The notes beneath the pieces are model-generated. The model worked only from the letters and a program-made list of their open reading frames with translations. It was not told where the DNA came from and ran no database searches. The translations under genes were made by a program, and so were the position numbers. Positions 1-13,900 of a stretch of 64,000 nucleotides of DNA are shown here, one piece after another. The DNA is from Eledone cirrhosa. Its lineage: Eukaryota. Every line of letters begins with the position of its first letter. The stretch's first letter is position 1. The DNA lies in NCBI GenBank assembly GCA_964016885.1, contig OZ024741.1, positions 73,904,001 to 73,968,000 on the forward strand, read 5' to 3'.

Positions 1-275
1 AAGATCATGCTCACGCAACACACATAAAAGTTGTTTAAATTAAGTGATACTTGTGCTTGAAGCTCTTTTAAGTGAAGAGAGGCCTTGCACTGGCCCAATC
101 CCACTCTCTGATCAACGATGACAGCTATCCAAAAAGAACAGATCAACAACATTGGTTACCATCGAGTCGCAGGTTTTACATCAAAGTGTTCTGTCTTGAA
201 TGAACTGAGGTCTCTCCCTCTCAGTGGGCTAACCGCGCGCTCGGGCACCAAACCGAGTTTTTCCATGTTCCCGCG

Positions 276-342
276 CATACATACATACATACATACATAC
301 ATACATACATACATACATACATACATACATACATACATACAT
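276..342. repeat. (CATA)n tetranucleotide microsatellite
   Basis: Perfect CATA run read directly from the sequence. Confidence 0.97.
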
Positions 343-354
343 GATCATATGAAA

Positions 355-1874
355 TTTTTGCGCACAATAAAACAATGCCTCGCAATGTGTTTACTGTGCC
401 TGCCCTAACACCAACATTCGGACAACTCGATTGGACGATAGATGAAATTCGTGCTATTGATGTTAAAATCTGAAAAGTCCTAAACAACACCGGAAATTTG
501 ACATCAACAGTGACATAGACCGCCTCTGCCTGAAACGTAAGCAGGGAGGCAGAGGCTTAACGTCAGTCAAAACAGCATTTGAATGTCGCATCATATCCCT
601 CCGACAACATCTACGAACCTCAAAGCGTAGAAGCCCGTCTCTCGGGAAAGTCTATCTGCATGAGACATATAAGATCATGAGAGTTGGGAAGGAACTCCTT
701 GAAAATATGCCCTGCGTGATAATCAAAAACTCACATCCAGAGAACTTGCTCGGTAGTACCGTAGTGAATCCGTGGATGAAAAACTGCATGCTTATCAGCA
801 AAATATCATGCAGGGATATGTTGCCAGGAAGCACCAGGGTGAGAGTAATATAGATAAACAAAGTAGACTATCTTGGACCAACAACCACTATATTCCTCCG
901 ACAGCATCTACGAACCAGCAAGCGTAGAAGATCATCTAGTGAACAAGTCTGTCTACATGAGACAAATAATATCATAAGAGATGAGAAGGAGCTCCTCGAA
1001 AAATTTTCCCTGCATGATAACCAAAAATTCACACATTGCAATGAATCCATGGAGGAAAAGTTGCATGCTTATCAGCAAAAACACATGCTTGGCTATGTTG
1101 CCAGAAAATATCAAAGTGAGATTAATATAGCAAAGCAGTCTATTTTGGTCCAACAACCAATATATTAGCTCTCAATTTGAAGGACACAATTTTGCAATCC
1201 AAGAACAAAAAATAACAACGAAGTACCTGATGCATGAAAGAGATAGGGATGCAGGCAAAACACTTAAATGTGGTAACAGATGCAGACTCTGCAGAATAAA
1301 CATTGAGGATGTCACCCACATCATAAGCAGCTGTCCAAAAATGTCATCACGATACTGTGTAGCTATGAGGCATAATGTAGTTACCAAAACACTATACAAT
1401 ACAATCCATAGAAAGGATAGCCCTGAGAATAAACACATAAAAAGTTACAGTGAGACAGAGGACATATGCATACATAATATGAAAAAGTACTGATGGAATG
1501 TTTCAGTCAAAACCTCAATAAAACGCAAACATAACAGAACAGACATGATGATATGGGTCAGAGAAAAGAAGGTATGCACAGTAGGGGAAATCAGCTGCCC
1601 AGCAGATGTCAATGTAATGCTAAAGATCAGTAAAAAGAACATTTATGCTGAACTAATGAGGAGCCTGCAGATGCTCCACTCTAACTATACCTTTAGATAT
1701 GTACCTGTGCTCATTGAGGCTCTGGGATATGTTACTAACTGCATCGGTACAAATCTTGAGAAGCTGAGCTTCACAGAAGCAGAAAAGGCACGACTACTTA
1801 GGAAGTTGCAAGTACAGTCCATTAATGGATCTGTAAAAATATGTAAAACATTTCAGAAATTCAGCATGTAATAA
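355..1874 (+). mobile_element. Decayed, 5'-truncated R4/Dong-like non-LTR retrotransposon (RT thumb, CCHC zinc knuckle, restriction-like endonuclease)
   Basis: Translation across stops and frameshifts gives LTPTFGQLDWTIDEIRAIDVKI, SDIDRLCLKRKQGGRGL, FEGHNFAIQEQKITTKYL, CRLCRINIEDVTHIISSC...MRHNVV, and HNRTDMMIW...VGEISCP...K...Y. Motif identity and order match R4-clade RLE elements. Confidence 0.8.
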
Positions 1875-2297
1875 CTGTCAATGCTTAATCAATGCCACAT
1901 CTTGTTTACGTACATATCCGCTTTTTACAAAGTGCATTGTGTGCGTTTATCGTGGTACCAGCACTAGGAAAGGCGTTATGTATTTGACATAACTGAACAG
2001 GTCTCAGCCATTTGTTTGGCATGTTTACTACAGCTCTGTGTCCTTCTTTATCACCAACCACTTAACAGAGTGTACCGGGTGCATTTTCCGAGGCACCAGC
2101 TGTAGATACGTTGTCGGTCAATGACTCAACTGAAAGAAACTTCCTACCATATAGGATGTGGGTGGGGTTGATGACCTGTCTCAAGTGAGACATGTTTTGG
2201 AGGAGAGAGGGTAAGTAAGACGGATGATGAGTATGATATCAATATGTGGGTGGGAAGAGGGGATGAAAATTCGGTGGTATGATGAAAGTATGTGATG

Positions 2298-2499
2298 AGT
2301 GGATTGGTAGAATCGTTAGAGCGTCGGACAAAATACTTTGCGGTATTAAGTGACGTCTCTCTGAGTTCTGAGTTCAAATCTCGTCGAGGTTAACATTAGC
2401 TTTTCATCCTTCCGGGGTCGATAAAATAAAAGTTCCAGTCAAGTACCACGGTCGATATAACCGACTTTCCACCCCTACAAATTGCTGGCCTTGTACCTA
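2298..2499 (+). mobile_element. tRNA-derived SINE (family A), copy 1 of a head-to-tail triplet
   Basis: GTGGATTGG...TCGTTAGA A-box-like head, GAGTTCAAATC B-box, core TTTCATCCTTCCGGGGTCGATAAAATAA; homologous to about 9 other copies in the window. Confidence 0.85.
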
Positions 2500-2710
2500 G
2501 TGGATTGGCAGTATCGGTAGAACGTCAGACACTTTGCAGCATAGAGTTATGGCCTTTTACTTTCTGTGTTCAAATCCCGTCGCGGTTAACTTTGCCTTTC
2601 ATCCTTACGGGGTTGATAAAATAAATCACCAGTAATGCACTGGGGTAAATTTAATCGACGTTCCCCTCCTCCCAAATTGCTGGCCTTGTGCCTATGGTAG
2701 ATATTATTAT
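2500..2710 (+). mobile_element. tRNA-derived SINE (family A), copy 2
   Basis: GTGGATTGGCAGTATCGGTAG...GTTCAAATCCCG...GCCTTTCATCCTTACGGGGTTGATAAAATAAA...TTGCTGGCCTTGTGCC, followed by an (ATT)n tail. Confidence 0.88.
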
Positions 2711-2715
2711 TAAAT

Positions 2716-2910
2716 GGCGGTGGATTGGCACTATCGGTAGAGGGTCGGACGCCATGCTTTGCAGCGAAGAGTTACGGCCCTTTATGGTCTGAGTTCAAAT
2801 CCCGCCGAGGTTAACTTTGCCTTTCATCCTCACGAGGTCGATAAAATAAAGTACCAGTAATACACTGGGATAATTGCTGACCTAGTGCCAAAAGTTGAAA
2901 CAATTAATAA
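2716..2910 (+). mobile_element. tRNA-derived SINE (family A), copy 3
   Basis: Same head, B-box, core and tail as the copies at 4748, 40108 and 40307. Confidence 0.9.
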
Positions 2911-3195
2911 ATACCTTGAAAATCGTAATTATTTTTCAATAGTGCCTTTCGTTAGAAATATGGTAATGAAAAGGTCAAATGTTTTTGTTACAGTGACACG
3001 TTAAACACAACACATTTCAACTACTCAAGACAATGGAGGAATGACGCTAATTTACAGAGTGACACTCATTTACTGTTAAGTAGATTGAGCTTACTGTGAT
3101 TTAAGTGTTGTTGACAGAGACACCGCGTCACACCAGTGACAGGGGTCTCTGTCAGAAAGATGCCACCTCTGGTTTGTCACACTGATGTTGTGATT

Positions 3196-3303
3196 TATAC
3201 GCTAACACACATACGCACACACAAACACAGACACACATATGCATCTATATATATATATAAGTGTGTGTGTATGTGTGTGTGTGCATGTGTGTGTGTATGT
3301 ATG

Positions 3304-3340
<37 letters not shown>

Positions 3341-3487
3341 CACATACACACACACACACACACATATATATATAAGCATATATACACATGTATATATGTG
3401 TGTGCGTAGGTGCACGCGCGTTTATATAATCACTTGTGCTCTACATACATACACACGCACACAGATACTTGCACATACAAACACATG

Positions 3488-3547
<60 letters not shown>

Positions 3548-3702
3548 TACATATATGTATATGCATGTATACAAACATACACACACATGCATATACATAC
3601 ATGTAACACATGCAGATACATAAACACACATACATTGACAGAGAGAGAGAGAAAGAGAGAGTGAGAGTGAGAGAGAGAGAGAGTTAGAGAGAGAGAGAGT
3701 GT

Positions 3703-3765
<63 letters not shown>
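3196..3765. repeat. Compound (AC)/(AT)/(GA) microsatellite
   Basis: Mixed dinucleotide runs ending in (GA)n at ~3640-3765. Confidence 0.95.
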
Positions 3766-3768
<3 letters not shown>

Positions 3769-4254
3769 CGTAAAAGTGCGATATGTGTGGTTATATTTAT
3801 GCACGCCTTTCTGGAACATTCTCCAAAAAAATTTCTTTTTGTTTCTTTTTGTGGTGCTGAGGGTGGTAGGGTAGCGAGTGCGTACCCTATCTGTATGGGG
3901 TGAGGAGGGTGTCCCTGTTTGTATGGGGCGGGTACATTCCTCTCCGGATGTTTACACAGCCAACTTTATATCCATTACGAGAATTCAAAGACGCACGCTC
4001 ATGGCAGGTATTGCCCCCTCCATAGTACATACACACACACACACACACAAACACGCACACATACACACACAATCTCACTGGCGCATAAACACACATACAC
4101 ATATACACAACCACGCACACACACTATCACTATCCGGTCTTCAGATCGTTCCAGTAACATCATCATTATCAGAGATGAGACCACCCTCATCACACTACAT
4201 GCCATGCCAAGAACAAACCATCCCCTGCACCCCTCGCACCACCACCTTGGTCTA

Positions 4255-4338
4255 CCAGCACAGCCACCATTACTACTATAACTGCTACAACCATCACCTC
4301 TACTCTCATTACCATCAGCAGCAGCACCATCAATATCG

Positions 4339-4385
<47 letters not shown>

Positions 4386-4740
4386 GCTACTACTACCACA
4401 TATACTCATAATGCCAGTAGCAGCAACACATCCTCCACCACCACCACCAACAACAACAACAACACCTATCACTATTACAACAACCATTCCTACCACCAAC
4501 AACAAGACTACCATAATTGCTATCCACATTAACACCACCAACACCACCACCACCACAATCAATACTACCACTATCAACACCACCAATACTATAGCCATTA
4601 CCATCACCCCCATTAACACCACCAATGCCACCATCACCCCCATTAACACCACCAATACCACCAACACCATAATCAATACTGCCACTATCAACACCAACAA
4701 TAACACCACCATCAAAACCAACGCTCTTATCCTCCATCAT
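4255..4740. repeat. Trinucleotide low-complexity tract: (CTA)n at ~4338-4395, then degenerate ACC/AAC/ATC
   Basis: Read directly from the sequence. Confidence 0.9.
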
Positions 4741-4747
4741 TAATACA

Positions 4748-4935
4748 AAGTGGATTAGCCGTATCGGTAGAGGGTCGGACGCCATGCTTTGACGCATGGA
4801 GTTACGTCCCTTGCCATTCTGAGTTCAAATCCCGCCGAGGTTAACTTTGCCTTTCATCCTTACGGGGTCGATAAATTAAGTACCAGTAATGCACTGCGTA
4901 TTTGCTGGTCGTGTGCCAAAAAGTAGAAGGTATTA
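4748..4935 (+). mobile_element. tRNA-derived SINE (family A)
   Basis: GTGGATTAGCCGTATCGGTAGAGGGTCGGACGCCATGC...GAGTTCAAATCCCGCCGAGGTTAACTTTGCCTTTCATCCTTACGGGGTCGATAAA. Confidence 0.92.
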
Positions 4936-4989
4936 ATACAAATGCTTTGCGTCCACCCTACTCATTTGTACTTTGTTTTGCTTACACAA

Positions 4990-7900
4990 TCATTAAATAC
5001 TACCACCGTCACCATGACTAACACTAACACTACCACCGTCACCATCACTAACAGTAACACTACCACCATCACCATCACTAACACTAACACTACCATCATT
5101 ACCTTCACTAACACTAACACTACCATCTTCACCATCACCAACACTAACATTACCACCATCACTAACACTAACACTACCACGGCCCCATCACAAACACAAA
5201 CACTACCACTATCACCTTCACTAACACTACCACCATCACCTTCACTAACACTACCACCATCAACTTCACTAACATTAACACTAACACTACCACCATCACC
5301 ATCACTAACACTAACACTACCACCGTCAACATTACAAACACTAACACTACCACCATCACCTTCACTAACACTACCACCATCAACATCACTAACACTAACA
5401 CTACCACCGTCAACATCACTAACACTAACACTACCACCATCACCATCACTAACACTAACACTACCACCGTCACCATCACTAACACTAACACTACCAACAT
5501 CACCATCACTAACACTAACACTACCACCGTCACCATCACTAACACTAACACTACCATCATCACCATCACTAACACTAACACTACCACCGTCGCCATCACT
5601 AACATTAACACTACCACCGTCACCATCACCAACACTAACATTACCACCATCACTAACACTAACACTAACACTACCACCACCACCATCACTAACACTAACA
5701 CTACCACCATCACCATCACTAACAGTAATACTACCACCACCACCATCACTAACACTAACACTACCACCGTCACCATCACTAACAGTAATACTACCACCAT
5801 CACCATCACTAACACTAAAACTACCACCATCACCATCACCAACACTAACACTACCACCATCACATTCACTAACACTAACACTAACACTACCACCATCACC
5901 TTCACTAACACTACCACCATCACATTCACTATCACTAACACTAACACTACCACCATCACCATCACCATCACTAACACTAACACTACCACCATCACCTTCA
6001 CTAACACTAACACTACCACCGTCACCATCACTAACACTTACACTACCACGCTCACCATCACTAACACTAACACTACCACCATCACCTTCACTAACACTAA
6101 CACTACCACCATCACCTTCACTAACACTAACACTACCATCGTCACCATCACTAACACTAGCACTACCACTATCACCATCACTAACACTAACACTACCACC
6201 GTCACCATCACTAACACTAACACTACCAACATTACCATCACTAACACTAACATTATCACCGTCATCATCACTAACACTATCACCATCACCATCACTAACA
6301 CTAACACCGTCACCATCACTAACACTAACACTACCACCATCACCATCACTAACACTAACACTACCACCAGCAAGTTCGCTAACACTAACGCTAACACTAC
6401 CACCGTCACCATCACTAACACTACCACCATCACCATCACTAACACTGACACTACTACCATAACCATCGCTAACACTACCACCATCACCATCACTAACACT
6501 AACACTACCACCAGCACCTTCACTAACACTAACACTAACACTACCACCAGAAAGTTCGCTAACACTAACACTAAAACTACCACCGTCATCATCACTAACA
6601 CTAACACTACCATCATCAACTTCACTAACACTACCAGCATCACTTTCACTAACACTAACACTACCATCATCACCAACAGTAACAATACCACCGTCACTAA
6701 CACTAACACTACCACCATCACCATCACTAACACTAACACTACCACCATCACCATCACTAACACTAACACTACCACCATCACCATCACTTACACTAACACT
6801 ACCATCGTCACCATCACTAACACTAACTCTACGACGAAAACCATCACTAACACTACCACCATCACCATCACTAACACTAACACTACCACCATAACCATCA
6901 CTAACACTAACAACATCACATTCACTAACACTAACACTACCACCATAACCATCACTAACACTACCACCATCACCATCACTAACACTAACACTACAACCAT
7001 AACCATCACTAACACTACCACCATCACCATCACTAACACTAACACTACTACCATAACCATCACTAACACTACCACCATCACCATCACTAACACTAACAAT
7101 ACCAACATAACCATCACTAACACTACCAACATCACCTTCACTAACACTAACACTACCACCATAACCATCACTAACACTACCACCATCAGCATCACTAACA
7201 CTAACACTACCACCATAACCATCACTAACACTACCACCATCACCATCACTAACACTACCACCATAACAATCACTAACACTACCACCATCACCATCACTGA
7301 CACTAACACTACCACCGTCACCATCACAAACACAAACACTACCACCATCACCTTCACTGACATTAACACTACCACCTTCACCATCACAAACACTAACACT
7401 ACCACCATAAACATCACTAACACTAACACTAACACTACCACCGTCACCATCACAAACACAAACACTACCACCATCACCTTCACTAACATTAACACTACCA
7501 CCATAACCATCACGAACACTAACACTAACACTATCACCATCACCTTCACTAACACTAACACTAATACTATCACCATCACCGTCACTAACACTAACACACC
7601 CACCACCACCATCACTAACACTAACACTATCACCATCATCATCACTGACACTAACACTACCACGATCATCATCACTAACACTAACACTACCACCATCACC
7701 TTCACTAACACTAACACTACCACCATCACCATCACTAACACTAACACTATCACCATCACCTTCACTAACACTAACACTATCACCATCACCGTCACTAACA
7801 CTAACACTACCACCATAACCATCACTAACACTAACACTACCAGCATAACCATCACTAACACTAACACTACCATCATCACCATCATTAACACTAACACTAT

Positions 7901-10900
7901 CAAAATCACCATCACTAACACTAACACTACCAGCATCACCATCACAAAGACTAACACTACCACCATCACCTTCACTAACACTAACACTACCACCATCACC
8001 ATCACTAACACTACCACCATCACCATCACGAACACTAACACTACCACCAGCACCATCACTAACACTAACACGACCACCATCACCATCACTAACACTAACA
8101 CTACCACCGTCACCATCACTAACACTAACACTACCAGCATCACCATCACTAACACTAACACTACCACCGTCACCATCACTAACACTAACACTACCAGCAA
8201 CACCATCACAAACACTAACACTACCAACATAACCATCACTAACACTAACACTACCACCATCATCGTCACTAACACTAACACTACCACCATCACCATCACT
8301 AACACTAACACGACCAACATCACCATCACTAACACAAACACTACCACCGTCACCATCACTAACACTAACACTACCACCATCACCATCACTAACACTAACA
8401 CTACCACCGTCACCATCACTAACACTAACACTACCACCATCACCTTCACTAACACTAACACTACCACCATCACCATCCCTAACACTAACACTAACACCAC
8501 CAGCGTCACCATCACTAACACTAACTCTACCACCGTCACCATCACTAACACTAACACTACCACCATCACCATCACTAACACTAACAATACCACCATCACC
8601 ATCACTAACACTACCACCGTCACCATCACTAACACTAACACTACCACCATCACCATCACTAACACTAACACTACCACCGTCACCATCACTAACACTAACA
8701 CTACCACCATCACCATCAATAACACTAACACTACCACCGTCACCATCACTAACACTAACACTACCACCATCACCATCACTAACACTAACACTACTACCAT
8801 AACCATCACTAACACTACCACCATCACCATCACTAACACTAACAATACCAACATAACCATCACTAACACTACCAACATCACCTTCACTAACACTAACACT
8901 ACCACCATAAACATCACTAACACTACCACCATCAGCATCACTAACACTAACACTACCACCATAACCATCACTAACACTATCACCATCACCATCACTAACA
9001 CTAACACCATAACCATCACTAACACTACCACCATCACCATCACTGACACTAACACTACCACCGTCACCATCACAAACACAAACACTACCACCATCACCTT
9101 CACTAACATTAACACTACCACCTTCACCATCACAAACACTAACACTACCACCATAAACATCACTAACACTAACACTAACATTACCACCGTCACCATCACA
9201 AACACAAACACTACCACCATCACCTTCACTAACATTACCACTACCACCATAACCATCACTAACACTAACACTAACACTATCACCATCATCTTCACTAACA
9301 CTAACACTAATACTATCACCATCACCGTCACTAACACTAACACAACCACCACCACCATCACTAACACTAACACTATCACCATCATCATCACTGACACTAA
9401 CACTACCACGATCATCATCACTAACACTAACACTACCATAATCACCTTCACTAACACTAACACTATCACCATCACCTTCACTAACACTAACACTATCACC
9501 ATCACCTTCACTAACACTAACACTATCACCATCACCGTCACTAACACTAACACTACCACCATAACCATCACTAACACTAACACTACCAGCATAACCATCA
9601 CTAACACTAACACTACCATCATCACCATCATTAACACTAACACTATCAAAATCACCATCACTAACACTAACACTACCAGCATCACCATCACAAAGACTAA
9701 CACTACCACCATCACCTTCACTAACACTAACACTACCACCATCACCATCACTAACACTACCACCATCACCATCACGAACACTAACACTACCACCAGCACC
9801 ATCACTAACGCTAACACGACCACCATCACCATCACTAACACTAACACTACCACCGTCACCATCACTAACACTAACACTACCACCATCACCATCACTAACA
9901 CTAACACTACCACCGTCACCATCACTAACACTAACACTACCACCAACACCATCACAAACACTAACACTACCAACATAACCATCACTAACACTAACACTAC
10001 CACCATCACCGTCACTAACACTAACACTACCACCATCACCATCACTAACACTAACACTACCACCATCACCTTCACTAACACTAACACTACGACCATCACC
10101 ATCCCTAACACTAACACTAACACCACCAGCGTCACCATCACTAACACTAACTCTACCACCGTCACCATCACTAACACTAACACTACCACCATCACCATCA
10201 CTAACACTAACACTACCACCATCACCATCACTAACACTACCACCGTCACCATCACTAACACTAACACTACCACCATCACCATCACTAACACTAACACTAC
10301 CACCGTCACCATCACTAACACTAACACTACCACCATCACCATCACTAACACTAACACTACCACCGTCACCATCACTAACACTAACACTACCACCATCACC
10401 ATCACTAACACTAACACTACCACCATCACTAACACTAACACTACCACCGTCACCATCACTAACACTAACACTACCACCATCACCATCACTAACACTAACA
10501 CTACCACCGTCACCATCACTAACACTAACACTACCACCATCACTATCACTAACACTAACACTACCACCGTCACTAACACTAACACTACCACCATCACCAT
10601 CACTAACACTAACACTACCACCATCACCATCACTAACACTAACACTACCACCATCACCATCACTAACACTAACACTACCACCGTCACCATCACTAACACT
10701 AACACTACCACCATAACCATCACTAACACTAACACTACCACCGTCACCATCACTAACACTAACACTAACACTACCAGCGTCAACATCACTAACACTAACA
10801 CTACCACCGTCACCATCACTAACACTAACACTACCACCATAACCATCACTAACACTACCACCATCACCATCACTAACACTAACACCATAACCATCACTAA

Positions 10901-13900
10901 CACTACCACCATCACCATCACTGACACTAACACTACCACCGTCACCATCACAAACACAAACACTACCACCATCACCTTCACTAACATTAACACTACCACC
11001 TTCACCATCACAAACACTAACACTACCACCATAAACATCACTAACACTAACACTAACATTACCACCGTCACCATCACAAACACAAACACTACCACCATCA
11101 CCTTCACTAACATTAACACTACCACCATAACCATCACTAACACTAACACTAACACTATCACCATCAGCTTCACTAACACTAACACTATCACCATCACCGT
11201 CACTAACACTAACACAACCACCACCACCATCACTAACACTAACACTATCACCATCATCATCACTGACACTAACACTACCACGATTATCATCACTAACACT
11301 AACACTACCACCATCACCTTCACTAACACTAACACTATCACCATCACCTTCACTAACACTAACACTATCACCATCACCTTCACTAACACTAACACTATCA
11401 CCATCACCGTCACTAACACTAACACTACCACCATAACCATCACTAACACTAACACTACCAGCATAACCATCACTAACACTAACACTACCATCATCACCAT
11501 CATTAACACTAACACTATCAAAATCACCATCACTAACACTAACACTACCAGCATCCACCGTCACCATCACTAACACTAACACTACCACCATCACCATCAC
11601 TAACACTAACACTACCACCATCACTAACACTAACACTACCACCGTCACCATCACTAACACTAACACTACCACCATCACCATCACTAACACTAACACTACC
11701 ACCGTCACCATCACTAACACTAACACTACCACCATCACTATCACTAACACTAACACTACCACCGTCACTAACACTAACACTACCACCATCACCATCACTA
11801 ACACTAACACTACCACCATCACCATCACTAACACTAACACTACCACCATCACCATCACTAACACTAACACTACCACCGTCACCATCACTAACACTAACAC
11901 TACCACCATAACCATCACTAACACTAACACTACCACCGTCACCATCACTAACACTAACACTAACACTACCAGCGTCAACATCACTAACACTAACACTACC
12001 ACCGTCACCATCACTAACACTAACACTACCACCATAACCATCACTAACACTACCACCATCACCATCACTAACACTAACACCATAACCATCACTAACACTA
12101 CCACCATCACCATCACTGACACTAACACTACCACCGTCACCATCACAAACACAAACACTACCACCATCACCTTCACTAACATTAACACTACCACCTTCAC
12201 CATCACAAACACTAACACTACCACCATAAACATCACTAACACTAACACTAACATTACCACCGTCACCATCACAAACACAAACACTACCACCATCACCTTC
12301 ACTAACATTAACACTACCACCATAACCATCACTAACACTAACACTAACACTATCACCATCAGCTTCACTAACACTAACACTATCACCATCACCGTCACTA
12401 ACACTAACACAACCACCACCACCATCACTAACACTAACACTATCACCATCATCATCACTGACACTAACACTACCACGATTATCATCACTAACACTAACAC
12501 TACCACCATCACCTTCACTAACACTAACACTATCACCATCACCTTCACTAACACTAACACTATCACCATCACCTTCACTAACACTAACACTATCACCATC
12601 ACCGTCACTAACACTAACACTACCACCATAACCATCACTAACACTAACACTACCAGCATAACCATCACTAACACTAACACTACCACCGTCACCAACACTA
12701 ACACTAACACTACCACCATCACCATCACTAACACTAACACTACCACCATCACTAACACTAACACTACCACCATCCACCATCACCTTCACTAACACTAACA
12801 CTACCACCATCACCATCACTAACACTACCACCATCACCATCACGAACACTAACACTACCACCAGCACCATCACTAACACTAACACGACCACCATCACCAT
12901 CACTAACACTAACACTACCACCGTCACCATCACTAACACTAACACTACCACCATCACCATCACTAACACTAACACTACCACCGTCACCATCACTAACACT
13001 AACACTACCACCAACACCATCACAAACACTAACACTACCAACATAACTATCACTAACACTAACACTACCACCATCACCGTCACTAACACTAACACTACCA
13101 CTATCACCATCACTAACACTAACACGACCACCATCACCATCACTAACACTAACACTACCACCGTCACCATCACTAACACTAACACTACCACCATCACCAT
13201 CACTAACACTAACACTACCACCGTCACCAACACTAACACTAACACTACCACCATCACCATCACTAACACTAACACTACCACCATCACTAACACTAACACT
13301 ACCACCATCACCTTCACTAACACTAACACTACGACCATCACCATCCCTAACACTAACACTAACACCACCAGCGTCACCATCACTAACACTAACTCTACCA
13401 CCGTCACCATCACTAACACTAACACTACCACCATCACCATCACTAACACTAACACTACCACCATCACCATCACTAACACTACCACCGTCACCATCACTAA
13501 CACTAACACTACCACCATCACCATCACTAACACTAACACTACCACCGTCACCATCACTAACACTAACACTACCACCATCACTAACACTAACACTACCACC
13601 GTCACCATCACTAACACTAACACTACCACCATCACCATCACTAACACTAACACTACCACCATCACTAACACTAACACTACCACCGTCACCATCACTAACA
13701 CTAACACTACCACCATCACCATCACTAACACTAACACTACCACCGTCACCATCACTAACACTAACACTACCACCATCACTAACACTAACACTACCACCGT
13801 CACTAACACTAACACTACCACCATCACCATCACTAACACTAACACTACCACCATCACCATCACTAACACTAACACTACCACCATCACCATCACTAACACT

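Noticed and set aside
2298-2910. tRNA genes at GTTCAAATCC motifs
   Set aside because: No cloverleaf; the motifs are heads of a multi-copy SINE with a shared core and tail.
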